Part shown: positions 56,545-64,000 of the stretch, piece by piece
Numbering within the stretch: the stretch's first letter is position 1
How the letters are laid out: the number at the start of each line of letters is the position of its first letter
DNA from: Octopus vulgaris
Taxonomy: Eukaryota
Length of the DNA: 64,000 bases
Direction of reading: 5' to 3'
NCBI GenBank assembly: GCA_951406725.2
Contig: OX597821.1
Coordinates: 91,760,001-91,824,000, forward strand
Notes under the pieces: model-generated
The model's input: the letters and a program-made list of their open reading frames with translations, nothing else
What the model was told of the DNA's origin: nothing
Database searches by the model: none
Translations under genes and position numbers: made by a program

Positions 56545-57010
56545 GCTACCCTCAAGAAGGTTCTGGATCCATGGCCTCGAAACGGCTCTGGAACTAGGTG
56601 AATGTAGTTCTCACTGTGTACCTGGGAGGATATTCAAATACCTTCTTGATCTTGGCCTCCAACTTGGTCTTGGTGTTGCAAGCAGAGCAGTTGATGTCCT
56701 TCTTGACCAGTCCCTGTACATCATAATACATGGAATTACAATCAGAGGGATTAGGAGGCCAGAAATTGGAGCGAGTGAAGTCATAGGAATACTCCAACAA
56801 TCACTTCTGATTCTTTCTGGCAGTAATGACAAGGAGCCAAATCCTGCTGTCACACATTTGGCCTTCTAGCAGCAATCTTCTCCAGCCAGTCCTTGACTAC
56901 AGTCTCCAACAGCTTCACATAGCCATCTGAATTGAGCCTAATGCACTGTTCAAACCCTTGCCCAAAGACCATCACAGTTTGGGGAACTTGGTTTTCATAA
57001 TGTCCATGTC
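56545..57010 (-). mobile_element. Tc1/mariner transposase remnant
   Basis: NFWPPNPSDCNSMYY resembles the WPPNSPDLNP motif; upstream WQQD-like segment. Confidence 0.8.
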
Positions 57011-57278
57011 ACATCTTACACCTTTTACAGTGTTCACAGAGGATCAAATTCAGAATGTAAAGTTGGACAAAATGTCTCTAAGAATTTCGTCCAGCTTGTT
57101 AACAATTCTGCCAGCTCACTGCCTTCCTCTCTAATATCATAATAAGTCTTACCTAATAAAGAAGGCACTCAACTCATACATTAAAGAAAAGTATGCAAAC
57201 ACTTCTGTGAAATGGGTGGTCAAACATGGAATGATTATAATGGAAATAACCATGTTTTTACAACTCCTGTATTGTCTA

Positions 57279-57497
57279 CAATGGGGTCCTGGAAAGTTCC
57301 TTGCTTTAAGGGTATCACAAAAGGCCTGGTTAGAGGTCCAACCTTCCTAGTTCTTTTACAGGGTTTAGAAAAACTGAAGGACTGCTGCAATAAGTGTGCG
57401 AATCTGAGAGGGGAATACATTGAATAAAATCATAATTAGTTGATCCTCCTGTATTTTCTTTTACCCAAAGCCAGGAACTTTTCAACAATCCCTCATA
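57279..57497. mobile_element. Mariner-type MITE
   Basis: Imperfect TIRs aaagttccttgcttt / aaagccaggaacttt; interior encodes a mariner C-terminus KCANLRGEYIE*. Confidence 0.75.
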
Positions 57498-57871
57498 TAT
57501 GATCTATATGCAGTGGTTCTTAGTCTGGGAAACAGTCCTTGCTTTCAGCATTGTGAAATCCCCAATGGGGAGGGGCTAATATAAAGGAAGAGCCACAGAG
57601 GATAGTGTGTGTTTACAAGCAGTTATAATTTTTCTTAGAATTAAAATATTTAAACCAGGAAGACTACATATATTTTTAAGACATTTTTATTTTCAAAAAG
57701 TCTTTGTCAGATTTAAGGTCTGTTATCTTTGATCAGAAACTATACTGGTAATGTACAAAGGTCCATTATAATTTCATCTCATCTATCTATGTATCTATAT
57801 ATGTGTGAGTGTGTGTGTGTGTGTGTGTATTTATATACATATAAGTATGCATATTTGTGTGTCCATGTGTT

Positions 57872-58283
57872 TTTACTCTTTTACTTGTTTCAGTCATTTT
57901 ACCGTGGCCATGCAGGAGCACCGCCTTTATTTGAGCAAATCAACTCCAGGACTTATTTTTTGTAAGCTTAGTACTTATTCTATCAACCTCTTTTGCCGAA
58001 CTGCTAAGTTACAGGAACGTAAACACACCACCATCAGTTGTCAAGCAATGTTGGGGGGGGGGGACAAACACAAACACATAAACACACACACACACACACA
58101 CACACATATATGCATACATATATACGACGGGCTTCTTTCTGTTTCAGTCTATCTAATCCACTCACAAGGCTTTGGTCGACCTGAGGCTATAGTAGAAGAC
58201 ACTTGCCCAAGGTGCCATGCAGTGGAAATGAACCCGGAACCATGTGGCTCGTAAGCAAGCTACTTACTGCACAGCCACTCCTC
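57872..58283 (-). mobile_element. SINE family B
   Basis: Family match. Confidence 0.9.
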
Positions 58284-58710
58284 GTAGAAAAATCACAAAC
58301 CTACCAATAGTAATGTTGTTATAAACAAATTCCCTACCAGCTTTGTACCTTCAAAGTCACGAAGAAGAAGAAATCCCTTATATGAATATAAGATAAGTGT
58401 TAGCAGCAGGTAGGACATCCAGCTATATTCATCTTACTTATGCTAGCATGGAATAACAAATGTTAAAACAAAACAAATGAAAATGAATGAGCAAGAAATC
58501 TTCATTTTCTTTAGGAATTCCCATAAAATTTTAACATTGGTGGCACTAATCCATACAAATATCTAAAAATATGCATATGGCATTGTTAAGCTGTGCATGA
58601 AAATAATCAGAAGCCTGAGTGTGTCACAGTATCAGTCATTCCGTTTCAATCATCTACTCGGTGTGGGAAAGTACGACCAGCCATTTAAACCTCCAGTCAC
58701 ATTTACCTCT

Positions 58711-59763
58711 TAACCTACACTCGCCTTCTTATGAGAGCTCAAAATCTCTTGTGGAAGCGCCATCCAACCAAAATGCAAATATATGGGAAACTACCACCTG
58801 TGTCATCTCTTGTGAAAGGTAGGAGAGTCCAGTTTTCTGGACATTGTTGTAGAGCTGAAAAAGAGGTAATTTCTACTCTTCTCCTCTGGAAGCCATCTAC
58901 TCGCAATACCAGAGGGTGCACACTCTTCGAGAGGCAGTTGGATGGAACCTACACTCGCCTCCTGATGAGAGCTCAAAATCTCTTGTGGAAGCGCCATCTA
59001 ACCAACATGCAAATATATGGGAAACTACCACCTGTGTCATCTCTTGTGAAAGGTAGGAGAGTCCAGTTTTCTGGACATTGTTGTAGAGCTGAAAACGAGG
59101 CAATTTCTACTCTTCTCCTCTGGAAGCCATCTACTCGCAATACCAGAGGGCGCACACTCTTCGAGAGGCAGTTGGATGGAACCTACACTCGCCTCCTGAT
59201 GAGAGCTCAAAATCTCTTGTGGAAGCGCCATCGAACCAAAATGCAAATATATGGGAAACTACCACCTGTGTCATCTCTTGTGAAAGGTAGGAGAGTCCAG
59301 TTTTCTGGACATTGTTGTAGAGCTGAAAACGAGGCAATTTCTACTCTTCTCCTCTGGAAGCCATCTACTCGCAATACCAGAGGGCGCACACTCTTCGAGA
59401 GGCAGTTGGATGGAACCTACACTCGCCTCCTGATGAGAGCTCAAAATCTCTTGTGGAAGCGCCATCGAACCAAAATGCAAATATATGGGAAACTACCACC
59501 TGTGTCATCTCTTGTGAAAGGTAGGAGAGTCCAGTTTTCTGGACATTGTTGTAGAGCTGAAAACGGGGCAATTTCTACTCTTCTCCTCTGGAAGCCATCT
59601 ACTCGCAATACCAGAGGGCGCACACTCTCCTACCCTGATGTAATCTCCAGGGATACAGGCATCCAGCAACAGGATTTCTGTAATGCCATGATGGACCGTG
59701 AAGTCTGGCGTAGCATGGTAAATTCCATTGTCTCGACCACAGTCGAACAATGTTGATGATGAT
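58711..59763 (+). mobile_element. 5'-truncated RTE-clade LINE 3' end with a 234-bp unit repeated four times (ORF 58731-59756)
   Basis: LDGTYTRLL...WK.H.TK.QIYG...RRVQFSGHC.R...LLWKP...RGR...AMMDREVWR is an RTE-type C-terminus; (gat)n tail. Confidence 0.88.
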
Positions 59764-59959
59764 CTTAACCAGAAGTTCCTTCTCTGCAGACCAGTTTGAT
59801 GGCTAGCCTGCATCTGTTACATGTTCATGGCAATGCTCTACATGTGTTTGTTGGATGAGATAAATTATGAACTCAAGGACAATAAACTATTATGCATAGT
59901 TAGCTATTGTTTGATTAAAATAAGCTGCTGCAGTATAACGTTTTTTAAAATTTTTTCTT

Positions 59960-60362
59960 GCAGGAGTGGCTGTGTGGTAAGTAGCTTGCTTACCAGCCAC
60001 ATGGTTCTGGGTTCAGTCCCACTGTGTGGCACCTTGGGCAAGTGTCTTCTACTATAGCCTTGGGCCGACCAAAGCCTTGTGAGGGGATTTGGTAGACGGA
60101 AACTGAAAGAAGCCCGTCGTATATATGTATGCATATATATATGCGTGTGTGTGTTTGTGTGTCTGTGTTTGTCCCCCTAGCATTGCTTGACAACCGATGC
60201 TGGTGTGTTTATATCCCTGTTACTTAGCGGTTCGGCAAAAGAGACCGATAGGATAAGTACTGGGCTTACAAAAGAATAAGTCCCGTCGAGTTGCTCGATT
60301 AAAGGCGGTGCTCCAGCATGGCCGCAGTCAAATGACTGAAACAAGTAAAAGAGTAAAAGAGT
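59960..60362 (+). mobile_element. SINE family B
   Basis: Full-length family match. Confidence 0.93.
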
Positions 60363-61959
60363 ATATGAAGGAAGGATTGCAAAACACCATTCAATGAAAG
60401 AAGATGCTGAGCAGCTAAAAACATTTAAGAACCATTGATATAAACGAAGACATTCAATAATATGTGAAGCAGTATGTTAATTGTAGGTTAAGATGAGTTA
60501 AGTATCAAATACAGAGGTGAGGAACCTCGTTTTTTATTATACAATATATGACGACCATATTCAATTAAATGTAATTTAATAAGGCTGTGTTCATGAAAAA
60601 TTTATTACATGTAATTACATTTATTGCAAAAATGTAATTATTAATTGTAAAGTAAGAAATAAAAAATGTAAATTTGCTTGCTTTCTTTCGTGATATTTTT
60701 TATATAATTTTTTTTTATATAATTTATGAACATTAGAATATAATAATACTATGGAATAAACAAAATGTATTTTTAATGGAAAATTCAGATTTGTAACAAA
60801 AAAAGCAGCAGGTTCCTCACATGAGGTCTTGATCACAAATATGTACAGCATACAACTTCACTAAGATTCAAATTAACAACTTTCAACCTAAGAATACAAG
60901 CCTTGTTTTTAAATCAGCCATTCGCAATACATACATACATACATACATTCATATATATCCCACAATTCATTTACAGTACCAGTGCTGATTCCAATATTTG
61001 GGATGCTCAACTGATCTGTAGAAAAATTCCACTCGACATTAAAACCCACAAGATACTGATATCAACTGAAAATTTCCACAAGAATAGTGCTACAGTGATA
61101 TCAACAGGATCAACCACAGATGTGATAAAGGAGATAGATGTGATAAAGGAGATCAGTGCAGATACCTTCGTCATATAATCTCTCTCAGACAGCACTTGCT
61201 AAACAACTGCAGTAAAAATAAATACATTAACTTACTACTGAAATGTGAAGAGAGTAATATTTAATGTGTCAGCAGTGAACTCCTCTGGAAGCACTCTCTT
61301 CCTAATGACCCCCCATACAATGCCGAAATAGCTGGCCTAGTATATTTCAATGAAGACCTGGATGTGAAAGGCTCAGTATACCAAAAGAAAAATTATGTAT
61401 GATTATGTTTCCTGAAGTCTTGAAGAAGATAGTAATACTGATATGAAGCTAAACCTCTCTTGGAATTGTGACCATTATATCACATCACACTTCGAAGCAT
61501 TATGTTGTTCTTGTTGCTATTGTTGTTGTTATTTTATAAAACCATCAGCTTGCTGGAAAAAATGTTTTCTGCTCTTTCTCCTGGATCTTCTCAACCAAAA
61601 TTCTGAGTTCAAATCCCACTGAGATCAACTTTTCCTCTCATTCTTTTGCCGTTTATAAAATAAAGTACCAGCTGAGCACCCTTCAAAATTGTTAGGCCCT
61701 GTGCCGAAATTTAGGCCAAAATACTTAGCAGCAGTCAGTCTTCACGTACTGAGTTCCCCACCCTCACCCCATCCCGAAATTGCTGGCCTTGTGCCAAAAT
61801 TTGAAACCGTCATCATTATTATTATTAAATATATTCTGGAGAATACTACTAAATACCCAATCAACCAAAGTGGCAGTGAGCCCTTCCAGTGCTAAGATGC
61901 AACCAAAGATGTAGATTAAGTCATATTTCTGGGGAAGACATTAAACATGTGATTAGCAG

Positions 61960-62166
61960 TGACACATAAAAGGCACCCATGCTGGTGATACATTAAAAGC
62001 ACTCACTACACTCTTGAAATGGTTAACATTAGGAAGGACATCCAGCCTTAGAAACCATGCCAAGTCAGGCTGGAGCCTTGTGCAGCTCTCTGGCTACCAG
62101 TTCCAGTCAAACCATCTAACCCATGCCAGCAAGAACAAGGATGTTAAATGATGATGATGATGATGA
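61960..62166 (+). mobile_element. SINE-like family C
   Basis: Diverged match with (tga)n tail. Confidence 0.8.
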
Positions 62167-62472
62167 AATCTGAGAGATTGCTTTGGTCCATTGGTACATT
62201 GCCTGTCGTGTCTACAGGAGATGTGGTCTCACATCCCACAGGTAGCCTTGGCTGAGAGAGGGGGTGTTAAGGATATGCCTGCTTGCATTAACATACATGA
62301 TTTTACTTTGCTTCACATATATTCTCAAGTACAGTAAACTGAAGTCTTATTTCCTTGTTAGTCATCTCCTCTGTGACACCCAAAGACTGAAGATCCTTTC
62401 TCACCACTTCGTCTCACATCTTTTTGGGTCTACCCCCTTTCACACGTCTCCTCCATAATTAGAGATCAGTAC

Positions 62473-62549
<77 letters not shown>

Positions 62550-63150
62550 GCACAACAGTCTTCTGTTTGGAGTGATCACTAGTGATGGCAATGTTATACC
62601 TCCATTCATCTTCCCACACAGCTTCAGCGTCAACACAGAGGCCTACATCAAGTACCTGGAGGAAATAGTGCCGCTCTGGATCAAGAGGGTGGCTACTGGA
62701 AGATCTTATGTCTGGCAACAGGACTCTGCACTATCCCACACAAGTAGTAGAACCCAATCATGGCTGTTAGAACAATTTCTGTGACCACATCACCCCTAAC
62801 ATCTGGCCACCTAACTCCCCAGACTGCAACACCCTTGATTATTATATGTGGGGTGCAGTTGAGTGAGAAACCAACAAAACTCCTGGTAACACCAAAGATA
62901 ACTGAAGACAGAGATTATGGCAGCATTCATCAAGTTAAACAAGAAGACTGTCAAAAAGAGTTGCAGGAGATTCTGAAGTCATCTGGAAGGCATGGTTGAA
63001 GTCAATGGCGATTTTATTGAATAAATTTAATCTTTCATATTTCGAAATATTTTTATGTAATTTTGGTAAATATATTTGTTAAAATGAGATGTCAGTATTA
63101 TTTTCATTTTTGCCTAATTTAGACGATAGTTTATTCACTGCACTTTGTAT
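62550..63150 (+). mobile_element. Tc1/mariner transposase 3' remnant
   Basis: YVWQQDSALSHTS..TQSWL, then WPPNSPDCN.LDY after a frameshift. Confidence 0.87.
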
Positions 63151-63167
63151 ATATATGTGTGTGTGTG

Positions 63168-63433
63168 TGGCGGAACATGGCCTAGTGGTTAGAGCAGTGA
63201 ACTCGCGGTCGAGGGATCGCAGGTTCGAATCTCAGACCAGCCGATGTGTGTGTTTATGAGCAAAACACTTAAGCTCCATGCTGCTCTGCCAGAAGGTAAT
63301 GGCAAACTTCTGCTTGCTCGTTCGCCACAACTTTCTCTCACTCTTTCCTTCTGCATCTATATGTGGGGAACCCATACACCAATGAAACCAGGAAACTGAC
63401 CCTTATGAGCCAGGCATGGCTCAAGAAGGAACA
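63168..63433 (+). mobile_element. SINE family D
   Basis: Matches the 45481 copy with an internal deletion. Confidence 0.87.
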
Positions 63434-63499
63434 ACATCAATATATATATATATATATATATATATGTATAAATATATATATATATATATATCTGTAGAA

Positions 63500-63533
<34 letters not shown>

Positions 63534-64000
63534 GCACACATGTGTGTGTGGTTGTGTATGTGTCATATACGTCATTATACATCATTTTGCAGGCCATAAG
63601 TTACTGCAGTTCTCTCAGTAATATCAAATGGCTGAGCAGATTCTCCTAAAGAGGTCGGATGTTAATCCATCAAAATAGTGTTAAGAAATTCTAGAGTTTC
63701 AATGTATCATAAATATTTGCCATTCCAATATTCTGTTTAGCTAACAGCTTTAAAATACTTTGGCTGTTTTTTCGTGGTGCATCAGCAATTGTAGAGAAGA
63801 CGTTTGTAGTAGTGAATTTGTTGTTCTTCTTGTCATTGCCATCATCATTATTGTTCCTAGTATTACTGCCTTCGTTAGTATTATTGCTGTTGTTGTTGTT
63901 GTTGCTGCAGCTGGTGTTACTGTTGTTGTTGTTGTTGATGCTGTTATTGCTGTAGTTGTTGTTGTCATTGCTATTGCTACTGCTGCTACTACTGCTGTTG

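Overview
AT-rich animal nuclear DNA, dense in repeats and microsatellites. The tRNA-derived SINE families and the (TA)n/(ATT)n/(CAT)n load suggest an octopus or other coleoid cephalopod (inference). No intact protein-coding gene is recognisable, and nearly all listed ORFs are translations of microsatellites or SINEs. The window holds dozens of SINE copies from about five families, a decayed Gypsy LTR element (6598-11010) with three nested insertions and a deleted RT, two non-autonomous Helitrons, Penelope, RTE, CR1, Dong/R4 and Tc1/mariner remnants, and several MITEs. The most interesting signals are: (i) an apparently spliced, decayed GCM-like DNA-binding domain sequence at about 5.0-6.3 kb, possibly a GCM-headed MULE-type transposase; (ii) several dispersed Penelope-type minimal hammerhead ribozyme motifs, one with an intact core at 37207-37252; (iii) a 4x234-bp in-frame tandem amplification inside an RTE LINE 3' end; (iv) fold-back elements embedded in microsatellites. 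All protein alignments were made by eye, and boundaries of decayed elements are approximate.
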